Source: Macrostomum hystrix
Lineage: Eukaryota; Animalia; Platyhelminthes
Reading direction: 5' to 3'
DNA length: 64,000 nt
Assembly (NCBI GenBank): GCA_950097015.1
Contig: CATNEN010000001.1
Span: forward strand, 8,370,001 to 8,434,000
The position numbers and the translations under genes are program-made. Positions 1 to 13,473 of this stretch are shown here, in pieces (position 1 is the first letter of the stretch; the number at the start of each line of letters is the position of its first letter). The notes beneath the pieces are model-generated. The model saw only the letters and a list, made by a program, of their open reading frames with translations, was not told the DNA's origin and searched no databases.

Positions 1-3000
1 GACATTACGGAAAGCCAATTTTAGTTTCAACATTACATTGACATTAGACGGGCCGAGCGGGAGGCGTTCGAGCTACCGTGTGATTACAGGAAATTACATA
101 GGTTACAAGGCGGCGCGGCGATTACAGAGATTGGCATTCTACTCGAAAGGCGGTGATACAGAAGGCAGAGGTGAGAGGCACGAGTCCAATCAACCGACGC
201 CAAGCGTCAGGGCTGGCGGGACACGGCGCGGCAAAAGTCTTCCTCTGATCTTTTTACTTCATTTAATTCTACATGTACTACATCATTACACATGATTGCG
301 CCATAATAAACCGTAACTGTAGCTAACACATGTGTAAGTTCTCTATGGTTTTACATTGGCGGGCGTAATACGAAATTGTTTCGAGAATTAATTTTATTTG
401 TACTTCTGTGTATATAGTTTGGCCTAGCGTTATATGCACTAGTATATTGTGCATTTGACTTCCTGTAACTCTGTAACTCGTTAGAAACTTTTCATGATGC
501 TATAATCTTGTAAGCGGTTATAGTTGCAGTTATCCTTATCGGCGGCCTTAGTGACTGCCACCAGTGAAGGTCAATTAGCTCGTGCCCAGGCCCGCAAGTC
601 ACTAGTGTCTCCGCTGGCCAATTGGCGGGCCTGCTGATAATTTCATCGATTGAGAGATGTGCCGTGGCCTGATTGGCTGATGGCGTTATATTATGCTCGT
701 ATGGTATGTTTTTTTATTATATTAATTTATGCTGTAGTATGATGCTTATACATTCCAGTGGCCTTTCGCAACTTGTAGTTATGGTACCGTATAAATGTTT
801 CTGTTCCTGTATTACTGGCATGTATCAGGGGGCGATCTTTCTTTCTCTCTCCCATTTCCTATTTCCTAACCCCCGGAGTAACACGTGGCCGCCTAGTGCT
901 GCCACGTGAGGTAGTTTAACGCCTTGCCCGGGGCGGCGGCGATTTATTGAGGGTTGCCTACCAGCTGGAGCAGGTCGGACACTTGACACGTCCGGTACCT
1001 GACGGGCGGGCGGATTGGGCGCCCGTACCTGGATCTGGGCACCGCAGCTTGGGCTGGCGGTTCGACAACCGTGGCGACTGAATTTGCTACAAGTTCGGGT
1101 GGTTCTATCGGCTCGGATGCAGATAGGGAAGAATTCCCCAGCGAGACTGTGGGGTGATTCCGGGCTTTCTTGGCTGTGATCAAATAGCAGACGGGACTTT
1201 CACTACTCATGTCACTACACATATACTCGTACGTTGATTAGAAGAACCAGACTCGAGAATCTCCATTCTCGTTACTGAACTGAACTGGTGACAGTGCTGT
1301 CAGCGCTGACTTCGGCGGGGGGCCGTTCTTCAACGGCTACGGCCTCACCGGCTTCGGCGACCTGCTGCCCCTCTCCAGCTCCAGCTCCCGCCTCCTCCTC
1401 AGAAGCGCCTGAAGCCAGCGATGGCGTCTCGGGCCCTAACTCTTCACTCGGGCTTCTTGGCCGGACGGAGGGACTCTGGGAAATGGTCACAAGGCTGGGC
1501 TCGAGTGTCGCTCGTCTTATGGATTCGCCAGAGCTAGAGGAGCTGTCACTAAGAGACGATGAGGACCGAGCCTGGATTGCCTCACTGTACCTGTCTACTA
1601 CACCCTGATAGGTGGGCTGCCTGATGCATGGCTTGAGGCTGTGAATCCACAGGACTCAGCAACTGTGGCACGAACTGACTGGCGGCCAGGCGGCTGGCCA
1701 GAGGCCAATCACACTGCCTCTCAAGACAGATTGCTCTGATCTGGACCTTCACGGTCTAGATCATCCTCTCAGCCTTGCCATTAGCCTGAGGGCGGCGGGC
1801 TGTGATCCGGCCTATATCAATTTGCAAGAGCCTAGTCAGTTCGGCCATTTATATTTATTGCTATTTATAAAGGCTGTCCTATTGTGAGACACCAGCTTCT
1901 CCATCACACCATACCTGGCAATCCGTTCAGTTAGGATGGTGGTGGAAGTGGTCTCGGCACTGACATCGGAGACTGGGGTGACCTCGACAAACCCGGTGAA
2001 CCGGTCGATCATGACTAGCAGGTGCTTGTACCCATCAGACTCCTCGAATGGGCCTGCATTGTCCACGTGGACAACCTGGTTCGGGTAACCGGACAATTCT
2101 GGTTGCAGGGGTGCCTTAAGTTTGCGTTTGGACTTTTTTGTCTTAGCACAAGTGTCGCACTCCGCTATGATGCCTTTCACATCCAACTATACTAAATCTC
2201 TAAAGTCTGTCTGTCTGTCTGTGGAATTTCGATACACAGGCTAAATGCCTCAACCAAATTTGATCGCGTTTTTGCTAAACATGCCAAATTTTACTGGCAT
2301 GAGACCTTGAAAATTTCGTTAGTCTGCTTCAATGCTGACAATATTAAATATTCGAAAAACGAGTTTTCCTATTGCTTTTAATAGGAGGCCAAACAAGGTT
2401 AAATTAGAATAGGGCCGGACACTGTCAGCTTTAATAGATTGCATCGGTGCTTTTTCTCGCCCGCGCGTGCATTGGTATAGCACAGAACAGGGCCCGATAC
2501 TCTCAATTGAATAGGATTGCGTCACTGCTTCTAGCACCCGTACGTACGTTTATAAATTTGTCTCTTGGCTGATTGAGTGATTTCAGACGTACATAGCAGA
2601 TTTCATGATTGGGCTTTTATGATTCTCAATGCTAGCGAGACCTCTCCTCCTCCTTTCTATCTATAAAACTGCAGCCTTTCTATTGTCAAACCTTGTCTCG
2701 ACTTCGATCATTGTGCCGCTTTCTTTTCATCTAGCTACGAAGTAAAGTACTTTAATGCTTTTGTGGAACGCAGGTAGAATTTTAGCATCGGTTTTGTTAC
2801 TGCTTCTTTTTCTTCTAATCTTCTAAACATCAACAGTTGAAATTTTTTTGGGCATTTTTGGTTCGAGTATAAATAGTAAGCGCTTTTGGTTAGCTACTGT
2901 CGAAGCAGATATTTGTTAGCTTTATTATTCCTGTACTCGCTTTCAGAAAATAGTATAAGTTTTTTCGAGTAAAGCAGCAAGTTTTATTCGATAATAAAAC

Positions 3001-3433
3001 TAAGGAAATATTTTTGTGCATAGCTGCAGGCGTTATCACAATTGAGAACTGCAAGAAAAAAATATTGAGCGCAGCTAATTTTTCTTTTTTTGAGCATTGT
3101 CTTAAGCGTTATTCGATCAAAAAAATAGCTTATTTAATAATAATAATTATAAAACTTTATTCGACGAACACTGATCGAAACCGTTTTCTAAAGTGCTCAA
3201 CGATTTTCTAAATGTGTTTAACAGTTTTCTAAATGTATCTACCGTGCCACATGTAACAGGAGATATTTGTTGCCTTCTGGGCTGAGTAAAACGATGGACA
3301 CATCGTTTCTATGCTATTTGGGGGCAATGGTTTCCTGTCAAAGAAAAAGGGCAAACATTTCTTGCTGCGAGTTTGGTAGCCTGCAAGTAGCCTCCATTCT
3401 GGTATTATGAAGGTTCTCTTCTGTTTGGAGAAC

Positions 3434-3980
3434 ATTAGTTCTCTGCTGCTGGGGGCATTAGTTCTCTGCTACTGGGGTAATTAGTTCTCTGCTGCTGGGG
3501 GAATTAGTTCTCTGCTGCTGGGGGAATTAGTTCTCTGCTGCTGGGGGAATTAGTTCTCTGCTGCAGGGGGAATGATTTCTCTGCTGTTGGGGAAATTAGT
3601 TCTCTGCTGCTGGGGAAATTAGTTCTCATGGCAAAACCAGAGTTTCAATCATGTTTATACCAGAGTTTGAATCATGGCAAAACGAGAGTTTGAATCATGG
3701 CAAAACGAGAGTTTGAATCATGGCTAAACCAGAGTTTGAATCATGGCTAAACCAGAGTTTGAATCATGGCTAAACCAGAGTTTGAATCATGGCTAAACCA
3801 GAGTTTGAATCATGGCTAAACCAGAGTTTGAATCATGGCTAAACCAGAGTTTGAATCATGGCTAAACCAGAGTTTGAATCATGGCAAAACCAGCGTTTGA
3901 ATCATGGCAAAACCAGAGTTTGAATAATGCCAAAACCAGAGTTTCAATCATGGCTAAACTAGAGTTTAAATCATGGCAGA
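3434..3980. repeat. Two adjacent minisatellites inside Helitron 1: ~22-bp (ttagttctctgctgctggggga) and 23-bp (aaaccagagtttgaatcatggct)
   Basis: Direct tandem repetition; the 23-bp unit recurs at 14802-15330. Confidence 0.95.
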
Positions 3981-4134
3981 AATTTTTAATTTTATTGAAT
4001 TGAAATCTCTACATTTTGATTTTGTTATCTCATAACGTCATAATAAGATATATTTTTATGATAATGATTTTACGTAATATTCATTTAATTGTTGTTCTTC
4101 TCAATTTTCTGCAAAAGCAGCCAATATAAAAATT

Positions 4135-4857
4135 CAACTGGGGAACTGGGTGATCATCATTAACTGGGTGATCATTGTCAACTGGGGGATCATTGTCATC
4201 ATGGGGACCATTGTCAACTGGGGGATCATTGTCAACTGGGGGATCATTGTCAGCTGGGGGATCATCATCAACTGGGGGATCATTGTCAACTGGGGGATCA
4301 TCATTAACTGGGGGATCATTGTCAACTGGGGGATCATTGTCAACTGGGGGAACATTGTCAACTTGGGGATCATTGTCAACTGGGGAACATTGTCAACTGG
4401 GGATCATCATCAATGGGGATTATCATCAAATAGGGGATCATGGTCAACTGGGGGATCATTGTCAACTGGGGGATTATTGTCAACTGGGGGATCATTGTCA
4501 ACTGGGGGATTATTGTCAACTGGAGGATCATCATTAACTGGGGGATCATTGTCAACTGGGGGAACATTGTCAACTTGGGGAACATTGTCAACTGGGGATC
4601 ATCATCATTGGGGATTATCATCCAATGGGGGATCATGGTCAACTGGGGGATCATTGTCAACTGGGTGATTATTGTCAACTGGGGGATCATTGTCAGCTGG
4701 GTGACCATTGTCAACTAGGGATCATTGTCAACTGGGGGATCATTGTCAGCTGGGTGATCATTGTCAACTGGTGGATTATTGTCAACTGGGGATCATCATC
4801 AAATGAGGATCATTGTCAACTGGGGGATCATTGTCAACTGTATGGGGGATCATTGTA
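4135..4857. repeat. 18-bp minisatellite (gtcaactgggggatcatt) inside Helitron 1
   Basis: Tandem array that produces the spurious WGIIVN/STGGSL ORFs; recurs at 15485-15750. Confidence 0.95.
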
Positions 4858-5819
4858 GCTTTAAAAAAGCTTAAAATACAGCTGCTAAGTAGTATATGCT
4901 AGACTAATTTAAAATACTTCTGCTCCCCGAAGGGGGACATAACTTGCTAGTGGGTTACTAAATCGGCAATCGCAAAGGGGGATCGGATAGCCGCTAGAGT
5001 CTTAGTGACTCCGCAATGGTTTAGTTGCTGATGGTACTTGCGAACTAGCTCACAAATGTCTGCGGTTTCTGGTATCGCCAGCAGTTTTGAAGTCGTTCTA
5101 GAGTTCTTCCTTTGTTTGTGGTGGTATAGCAACCCGTTCTCCACTCGCAACTCATCAAGAAGCGACCATAGGTTCCTAACCTCTCGACTGCAGCTCTGAA
5201 AGTCTGGCTTAGAGGGCTTCTCGCTATGGCCTTGTACACAGCTGATGAGCTGCGTAATATCAATGCACGTCCCTTGCGCATCACGAGCCCACTCAAGACA
5301 AGAGTTAGCGGGTGAGTCTTCGGCGGCGTCTGGACCGTCGTCAGCCTCTACGGTCCTTACCACCAGCACTGGCTCTGGATTTTCGACATCTGCAGTCGAG
5401 CATTGGCTAGCTACATGGCGCAAATTGAGCTCCCTTATGAACCTCGGCTTCACGTCTGGTGAGAGCTTAAACCTTCCTTGAAATTCAGGAATTAGACTGC
5501 AGGTGGGACAGTCGAAGTGATCTGCTCTTAGCTTTGGCAGTCTACTAAGAGCGTCAGCAGGCACATGATCGATGTCCAGGCGGTACTGGACCGAGAAGTC
5601 ATATTCGGCGATACGTTCCAGGTGGAATGCTTGACCTTCTTCGGGTAGAGTTCAATGGTGGCAAGCCATTGATCTAGCATGCCAGTGGCATGTTTCTTGG
5701 AATGCAGCCATTTGAGCGCGGCCGCGTCTACCCGGACGGTGAAAGGTTTGTCCAGCAGATAAGGGCGGAAGTTAAAACGGCCTCCCTCGGGGCCACCTAC
5801 ACCTGACAACCTCTCGGTA

Positions 5820-6777
5820 AATAATTCAACCCGTTCGATAATACACTAACCCTTTCTATACATAATGCTACCCCCTTAATAATTCATGCAAGCCAGTTGA
5901 ACAATAATTTTACCCTTTGATAATTAATGCTTCCCCTCGATAATTCATGCATTCCCCTCAATAATTTATTCTTCTCGATAATTCATGCTTCCCCTCGAAA
6001 ATTCATGCTCCTTGCTCGAAAATGCATGGTACCCTCGATAATTTATTCTTTTCCCTCGATATATCATGTTTCCTCTTCGATAATTCATGCTTTCCGTCGA
6101 TAAATTATTATTGCCCTGGATATTTCACGCTTTCCTTTTCGAGAATCAATGCTTCTCCATCGATATATCATGCTTTTTCATCGATAATTCATACTTCCCA
6201 ATCAATAATTAATGTTTTTCTTTAATAATTCATGCCATTTCATCGATGATACATGCTCTCCATCGATATTTCGATATTTCATCCTCCATTGTCGACAATT
6301 CATGCTACCCATTTGATAATTCATCCTTTTCCCTCGCTTTATCATGCTTTCCCTCTCGATAGTTCATGCTACCCAATTGAAAATAAATTGTTTTTTTCTT
6401 CAATAATTCATGGCACATCGTCGATATTTTTTGCTTTCTCTTTGATTATCTATGTTTTACCCTTAATAATTCATGCTACCACTTTGTTATATCATGCTAT
6501 CCCTGGACAAATCTTGCTTCCCGCTGAATAATTTATGCCATCCACTCAATTTATGCTTTTCCCACGATAATTCAGCCTACCCCGTTGATAACTCATGCTT
6601 CGCCCTTAATAATTCATGCTACCCTCTCGATAAGTCATGTTTTACAATCGATAATTCATGCTTTTCACTCGCTGCATCATGCTTCCCCTGAATAATTTAT
6701 AGTTTCCCTCCGTTAATTCATGTTTCCATCGTGATAATTCATGCATAACCTCAATTTTTTATTCTACCCCACTATAA
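5820..6777. repeat. Old degenerate ~20-bp satellite (tcgataattcatgctt-like), left part
   Basis: Recurrent gataattcatgc motif; the same array resumes at 16786 after the EnSpm element. Confidence 0.85.
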
Positions 6778-7757
6778 CCCGTATAGAAAAATGACGGTCA
6801 CAAAAAAGTTGTGACCGTCGTTTTGTAACCGTGCTGTGACCGTACTGTGTGACCGTAAGGGTCAACTAGTGACCGTGCCCCGAGACGCTTTTGACCGTGG
6901 AATGTGACCGTCCATGGTCACAATAGATGAAATCAGAAAAAGTCTGTTACCATAAAATGTGACCGTGTAATGTTACCGACAACTGTGACCGTACCGTGAC
7001 CGTCAAATGTGACCGTGTAATGTGACCGTCAACTGTGACCATTCCGTGACCGTGTAATGTGACCGTCAACTGTGACCGTTCAGTGACCGTCAATTGTGAC
7101 CGTGTTATGTGACCGTCAACTGTGACCATCAACTGTGATCGTTGCTTGACAGTCAATTGTGACCGTAACGTGATCGCGAACTGATATGACCTATCTGACA
7201 CGTGAATATACGGCTCAGTTTCTTATCACCGGGAAGAGGAAAACGCGAAGTCGAAGTCGAGAAAATTTAATATTTAATAAAATTTAATAACAGCTGAGAT
7301 TGTAAGTTAAGGAAGAAAGGTTTTTGATGATTTTTATAAGAGAAATTGAAAAGCGGAGTACAAATTGATATAATATAATACAAGGCAAATCTGAGCAAAA
7401 CCGCCCAAGTACTGATAGTATTTGGCAATTGTAAATTTGTAAGATTGTAAATTGGCAAATGGCAATTGTCGCACCAGTAACAAACGCATCTAGTGTATAC
7501 ATGGCAATAAGAAAAGAATGCAACTGTACTACTAGCGCCAGCTGGCGTATACATGGCCAATGGAAATGCAACTACTAGCGCCACCTGGCGTATACAGGGC
7601 CAATAAGAATGCCAATAGCAATAGGGACCATACGGAATGCTCAACGTAACTGATGTGTCCAACCTGCTGTGAAGCACTCCAATTCCCTCCCGTATAGAAA
7701 ATTTACGGTCATAAAAAAACTTTGTGTGCATCGCTGTGTCAGAAATAGGTGTCACTA

Positions 7758-9388
7758 CTAGGTGTCAACATGGACTGACGCAATGGAAGCCGCTTGCTCG
7801 ACAAACTCCAGGCTTCCTGCTCCAGGACCCGAAGCAGCGGTAGCTGAACTCGAGGCAGCGGCAGAACCAGCAGAGGCAGTGGAGGCAGCGATAGAATCAG
7901 GGGCAGCAGCATCAGCAGCAGCCCGTTTCCTCTTCTTGCCCTGCCGGCTCCCTGCCTGAGTTTCTTTAGGATCGTGTTTGCGCTTCTCGCAGTAGGCGGT
8001 GCCCTTGAAAACTGTCGACCACGTTCCCTGTGGGATCTTAACAGGCAGGTTAAGACGTTTAATAAAGCCTTCAATGGCTCTTTTCTTTTCGGAAGGCACA
8101 GCGGGCTTCGCCTTATCGAATAGACGTTTTGTTTTCCGACCCGTGTAGGAGCAGGTTAGAAGCTCCTCTGTGCTGAACACAGATTTAAACAGCGTGCGAA
8201 GCAGTCCCATTGCATCACCTTTTTGAAAGCCTGCGCGTATTTTCGCGACATTTGTCGAATTGACGCATATTCCTCCTCGCCGACGGTGACGTCAGGACTC
8301 CTCGCGCTCAAGACAATACGCCTTTCGGCGGCATCAGCCGCTTGCAGCACCCAGGCGGCAGCAACGCTGGAAGCCAAATCTGCGTCATTCTCCGCCGACA
8401 ATGTCATGGCGTCGTCACCGCAATTCAGTGCGTTGGTTGTTCGCCGATTGGCGCATAGAGGAAGAGGTGGAATGGCCGATATTTGGATGCTTAGAACATC
8501 TCGAGCTATTGTAGAAGCTGCACGGCCCGCTGCTGACGCACCTTGGGCAACTGCAGTCTGCAGCAACTCAACAGCAGCGACCACCGCATCTTGAAGTTCT
8601 GCTGTGTACCGACGCGTGTCAATATCCGCACGTGAAACAGTAGCTGGTTGGCTTCCAGCTCCGTTTTCAGTTCCAGCTGCAGCGAAAACACGTGCCAGTT
8701 CCTTGCTAAGTTCCGCAATTTTGCGCTCTGCTGACTCGCTCTTCTCCTTGTACACTTGACACTCCTGACGAGCTTCCTCTAGCTGGCTATCCAGAGAGTC
8801 AACCTGTCTCCGTCTGCTCTCCCGCTCCTCGTCGCCACTGGCCAGCTGGATGTCCACAATCGCACGCTGCGAGGCCAACTCCTGCCATAGGGAGGTGCAC
8901 GTGGAGCACCCGTTTGGTAGATTAATGCCAGTGTTGTGCCCTGGCAAACAAGAGTTCACGCGCGACTCAGCAGCCATCTTGGTTTTATAGGGCCCTTTGA
9001 CGATACGAACTCGGTACACTTTGCTGCCAGCCTTTCCCGGCCGAATGGTGACAATTTCGTCCACCGACAAATGGCTAATGTCAGTATGTGAGTCGGTTAC
9101 GATGCTCTTATCGGAATAGACACCCAGCATGCCGCCGTCCTCCTCTGTATACTCAAAAACCCAAAAACGGGCTACGCATTTCCCTGGCGCTGACTTCGCA
9201 GTCGCTGACGCTGACTTCGCCACTGGTGGCGCTGACCTCGCCGTCGCTGGCGCTGACCTCACCGTCGGTGGCGCTGACTTCGCCATCGGTGGCGCTGACT
9301 TCGCCGTCGCTGGCGCTGACTTCGGATTACTGTTACTACTCATCGAGTAATTGACCAGTATGATAAATATGAGTAGGATTGCTGCCAC
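7758..9388 (-). CDS. Transposon accessory protein: SAP repeats, CxxC, coiled coil, C-terminal BEN domain (one frameshift near 8220)
   Basis: 410-aa ORF plus overlapping 150-aa ORF. Adding one A to the A5 run joins them (AFKK-GDAMGLLRTLFKSVFSTEELLTCSYTG...KKRAIEGFIKR), which fits the BEN pattern LxxxFxxEEL...SxxG. Start may be Met at 9343. Confidence 0.75.
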
Positions 9389-10200
9389 GAAGTACTGGAA
9401 TGTTGAGGAACAGATCGTAATATATTGAATAAAATATTAAGAATATGCGGGGCGTAAGCATTCTCACATGGAGACAGCGACATACGACATCTACCTGGAA
9501 CCTTTTATTTGTCGTGCTACGCAGATGTACGCCGCTTAAAAAAGGACTAAACGAACTAACAAAGAGTTATCAAAGAAACAAAAACCAATAAGATTTAGAC
9601 CGAACGTAGCTAGTATAGCAGTAGAGCTATCGGAGCTGTATTACTATATTAACGTATTAATAAGTCAGGAAATAATGAGTTACATGTACTCGTATTAAAG
9701 TTTAATAACTCAAGGAAGAAAGGGATTTGATGTAAGTGTATAAAAAAATTGAGAATTTGAGCGTATACATGGCAATAAGAAAATAATGCAACTACTAGCG
9801 CCACCCTGCGTATACATGGCCAATGGGAATGCAACTACTAGCGTCTTACAGCTTCTTACGTCTTAAGAATGCTTCTTATAGCTTGCAACCCAGTAAGGGT
9901 TTCCAGGGGTTGACTTTGCAGTGTTCTCTTTTCACGTGCTATTTCAATTACAATTTACATTAACACATTTTTTAAACGACTAAACGAGGTATTAAACGAT
10001 TAAAAGCGGTATAAGGATGTATAAGAAACAGAGGCTATATCAAAAGTTCTCACATTAAATCACTGACATCACTAAGCAATCGCACACCATTAATTTTCGT
10101 CGAGTCCCGACGTCGCTCTACGCAGCGTAGGAAAACTGGTTATGTGGTAGGAAAGCCACATGGGTGTCTGAGACGCAGCACGGTCGGAGTACAGCAGTCG

Positions 10201-12576
10201 CTATGGGATCCAGTTCAAAGTAGAACCGGGAAACTTCGACAAACGGATTGCGCTGCAGACGGCGAACGTGTAGTAGTGGACAGCCGCCCAGCGGTCCAGC
10301 ACTCCAGCAGATGTCGTTCTTGTGGGAGCCCTCTCGGCTTTCGGTTCAGTGTCCAACAATGACATGAGATAATGGGTCGCTGCCCGTCTAGTGATCACTT
10401 TCACCAGCCTTATTTCGGCGTGGCGCGTTCCATGGATGTTCGATCGCAGACTCCATGCGTGGACTCAAACAGGCCGGCAGATACTCTATAAATAGGACCG
10501 AACTGCATGGCGAGCATGCCAAAATGTTCGCAAACCTGATGGCCATTGAACGTCAGCATAGTGTCGTCGTATAGTGTATTAAGCGCCCTATAGAAGTGCT
10601 TCAAATTGGCGTCGGCTCGCAATATTTGCGCGTGGTTGGTGCCCTCCATGACAAGTGAGAATGTTCCTGAAGACAGCAGCATGAAATGATCGAAGTGGTC
10701 GTCCGGAAGCAGACCACCAAGCACCATCGGAGCACAGACGAGGAGAAGCGTCTCAAACTCGTGTCCAGGGGTTGTCCAAGTTAGTGCAGTGTGCGCGGCC
10801 TCCTTTGATGTGACGAAGGTACGTGCAACGACGCCAACCGTGTGTCCACTTCGGCGATTCGCCTGGACATATCGGGTGCAGAGCTCACCCTCGCAGGTTT
10901 CCTGCCAATAGGGAAGAATAGTTGCTCGAATATTCGGCGGACCATACCAGTTAGCAGTTGGTGCAAATAACATGGCGGACATCCCGCCACGTAATCGAAG
11001 CCCTGTAGTTGCATCAGCGGTGAGACACGCACAACGCCTAGATGGTGCTCACTTCCAACGGGCTTCGTCCTAGCCAGCATGACGGTGTCTGTCAGATTTC
11101 TAACGTTGGGCTGTGACATTCGCATTCACTGCGGCATGCGCGGCGGCGGCTGAAAGTGTGACCGGATATATTCTCGCGTTAACTCCGGGATCTGTGTCGT
11201 GCAAGCTGATGGTGTAGCACATGTCACAGCCGTACTCGGCGTTAAACTGGCGCATGCACTTTGTATCAGCTCTTTGCGGGGCATCCATGATGAACATGAA
11301 TGGATGTAGCCGGATTGTTCCACCTTGGAGGCCATCGGCTCCACCACCTCGTGCAAATGTGACCCCCTCGGAGCGCAGCGAATTCAACTCTCCGACTAGC
11401 CAGGACAAGTAGGCCGTAAAGCGCAACTTGCGTTTACCGGCCCAGAGTCCGCAGACGGCAACAAAGCGGCTCTTCATTTTTTACTTCACTTCGTTAATGG
11501 AAAGGTACACTGGACACAGTTCCATTGTAGCGCGCTTGAAAACGGGTAAGCCGTCAATGCAGACAACGTAACTGAGGTCGCTTCGCGCATTCAAATCAAT
11601 CGTCCGCTTAAAGGTTGAATAAGCTACACTGCCTCCCATGTTTAGGACGTTAGCGTCTGCGGGCTGGTCCGCTGTAAATACGACATGTCGAAGTAGATGG
11701 CAGTCTTCTAACTGAGAGCGCAATTGACTGCGTCCATTCGCCAGAATACGCCAATAGCTGCTTGTACAATGCGGACACGGCAATGCGGACAGTTGGCCGA
11801 TGTCGTCGGAAATATCTCGTGTTCGCACATTAAACAGAAAAATACACGTCTGGCTCTTTTGAAAGAGAATGGCGTCAGTTCTAGGAATTGCACCAGCCTA
11901 TGCGTCGTGTGTGGAAAAGCTGCATTCTCGGGCAGTATATCGTGCATATAGGACAGCAACTTTTGTACATCCTTGTCAGACAACTTCAGCTCGATGGCCA
12001 GTTTCTGCGCACGTGTGGCAATTGTCACATACGATTGCGTTGCGCCTTCATAGGCAGGCATATCCCGGAAGAGCTGCAACTTAGCTTTGCGGGATGCCTC
12101 GCGATCGCTATCGCTGGCACTGCGCCGCTGTTAGCGGCCCCTTCCATTGTCTCACCTTCTGCTGCCTCACCTTATGCTGCCTCGCCATCATTCGCCTCGC
12201 CATCATTCGCCTCGCCATCGCTGGCGCTCGCCTCACTATCGCTGGATGCCTCGCTATCGCTGGATGCCTCGCCACCGCTGGCGCTCGCCTCGCCACCGCT
12301 GGCGCTCGCCTCGCCACCGCTGGCGCTCGCCTCGCCACCGCTGGCGCTGCTGCTGCTGCTGTTTCTCGTACCCGTAATAGCGGCTCCACTTGGACCAGCC
12401 TCACCATGCACCTGTTGGCGCCGATTGAACAGCTGCTCCATTCGTTGGCACTCTCGGAGACAGCGATTTCTGGACCGCCTTTGCAGCTGTTGGACTTTCT
12501 TCCTCGCCATCTGCAGCACCGACTCGACGTTGTCGTCATCTTTATCATCAGTTTCTCTCATGTCGCTCATTGTCAC
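10201..12576 (-). pseudogene. EnSpm/CACTA-family (Transposase_21-like) DDE transposase, disrupted
   Basis: Motifs in order across 7 ORF pieces: FCLMC..CPHC, CIDGLPVFK, FIMDAPQRA..FNAEYGCDMC, CYLHQLLTGM, GHEFETLLL, SAGLFESTHG. In-frame stops near 12172 and 11481 plus frameshifts. Confidence 0.9.
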
Positions 12577-13065
12577 GTGTTAAGTGCAGTTTTGTGTTAC
12601 GGTGTTGAAATTATGATTTGAATGTTAGGATTTTTCTCGTTTTGCACAATCATACAATCTAGCTGAACTAGCCATATGAACTGAACGCATTTATGCACTA
12701 TTCATAAATAGAAAGTTGAAGACACACTTATGAAGTACTTCATAAAGTGATGCATGAACTTACTTATGCAAAGTACTTATGAAGTGATGCATGAATACAT
12801 GCATCACAAGATGCTTACAATTTCATGTTTTTATGTATTTCGCAACAAAAACGTGTGATAGTTCCGCAAAATAAACAATGCAGGGCAAAAAATCATGGCA
12901 CACAAATAAGAGTTCCGATTCATTTATCTGTCGTGGCTCAGCTTCCAAGTCTCCAACCCACTGAACGATACCTTATGGGGACCAATTCTAATGGAATGAA
13001 ACAAACAAAAACAATGTAATTAAAGGATACGGACACTATCGTGACTGCAAAAACGACGAATCGTA

Positions 13066-13473
13066 TTACCTAAGGCTTGTGCCTTCAGCCGCTGCGGATG
13101 CGCCGTCTTCGGCGATGTCGATGTCGGGCCCTTGGGTCTCGGATGCGCCGTCTTCGGCGATGTTGGGCCCTTGGTTCTCGGATGCGCCTTCTTCGGCGCC
13201 GTCGGGCCCTTGGTTCTCGGATGCGCCGTCTTCGGCGCCGTCGGGCCCTTGTGTCAATCCGTAAGGCCAAGCAAGCGCCATAACTGGCGTAGGCGGAAGC
13301 TCGTCGCATTGCAGAACTGCCCGCCTCCGACGCACACTTGCGCTTGTGCTAAATACGGGGGATGTTGGTCGTTCTGGGGCACGCAACCGGCGGAGTTCTG
13401 CTCGCATGACGCGGTTCTCCTCCTGTAGGGCCGCACAGACTGGGCACGATATAGCATAGGACCAGTGATCCAT
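13066..13473 (-). CDS. Putative third transposon ORF or first exon (CxxC, short coiled coil, acidic 13-aa repeats)
   Basis: GC-rich 135-aa ORF in AT-rich flanks. CPVCAALQEENR resembles CSTCTSLWQEL of the BEN ORF. Ends at a possible AG|GTAAT donor. Confidence 0.4.
   Translation of the reverse strand: MDHWSYAISCPVCAALQEENRVMRAELRRLRAPERPTSPVFSTSASVRRRRAVLQCDELPPTPVMALAWPYGLTQGPDGAEDGASENQGPDGAEEGASENQGPNIAEDGASETQGPDIDIAEDGASAAAEGTSLR

Larger units (their letters stand above)
2182..4950 (+). mobile_element. Non-autonomous Helitron (copy 1)
   Basis: Starts TC (2182) with a (TCTG)n microsatellite ~25 nt in. Ends with hairpin CCCCgaaGGGG and CTAG (4947-4950). Inserted between A and T with no TSD. 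Removing it restores the Gypsy frame DLVTH|VKGIIAECDTC. Confidence 0.93.
944..5815 (-). mobile_element. Decayed Ty3/Gypsy LTR-retrotransposon pol fragment (RNase H end, integrase), interrupted by a Helitron at 2182-4950
   Basis: RNase H-like FRPYLLDKPFTVRVD...PADALSRLP (5809-5530). Integrase zinc finger H-QQLN-H...CDTC spans the insertion. Core VHVDNAGPF...IDRFT (1836-2181), C-terminal RSRYGRPIRPPVRY. Frameshifted and 5'-truncated; LTR not resolved. Confidence 0.9.

Noticed and set aside
1-943. Possible Gypsy 3' LTR and polypurine tract
   Set aside because: The purine tract (minus strand, ~838-866) does not directly abut a TG, and there is no second LTR to confirm it.
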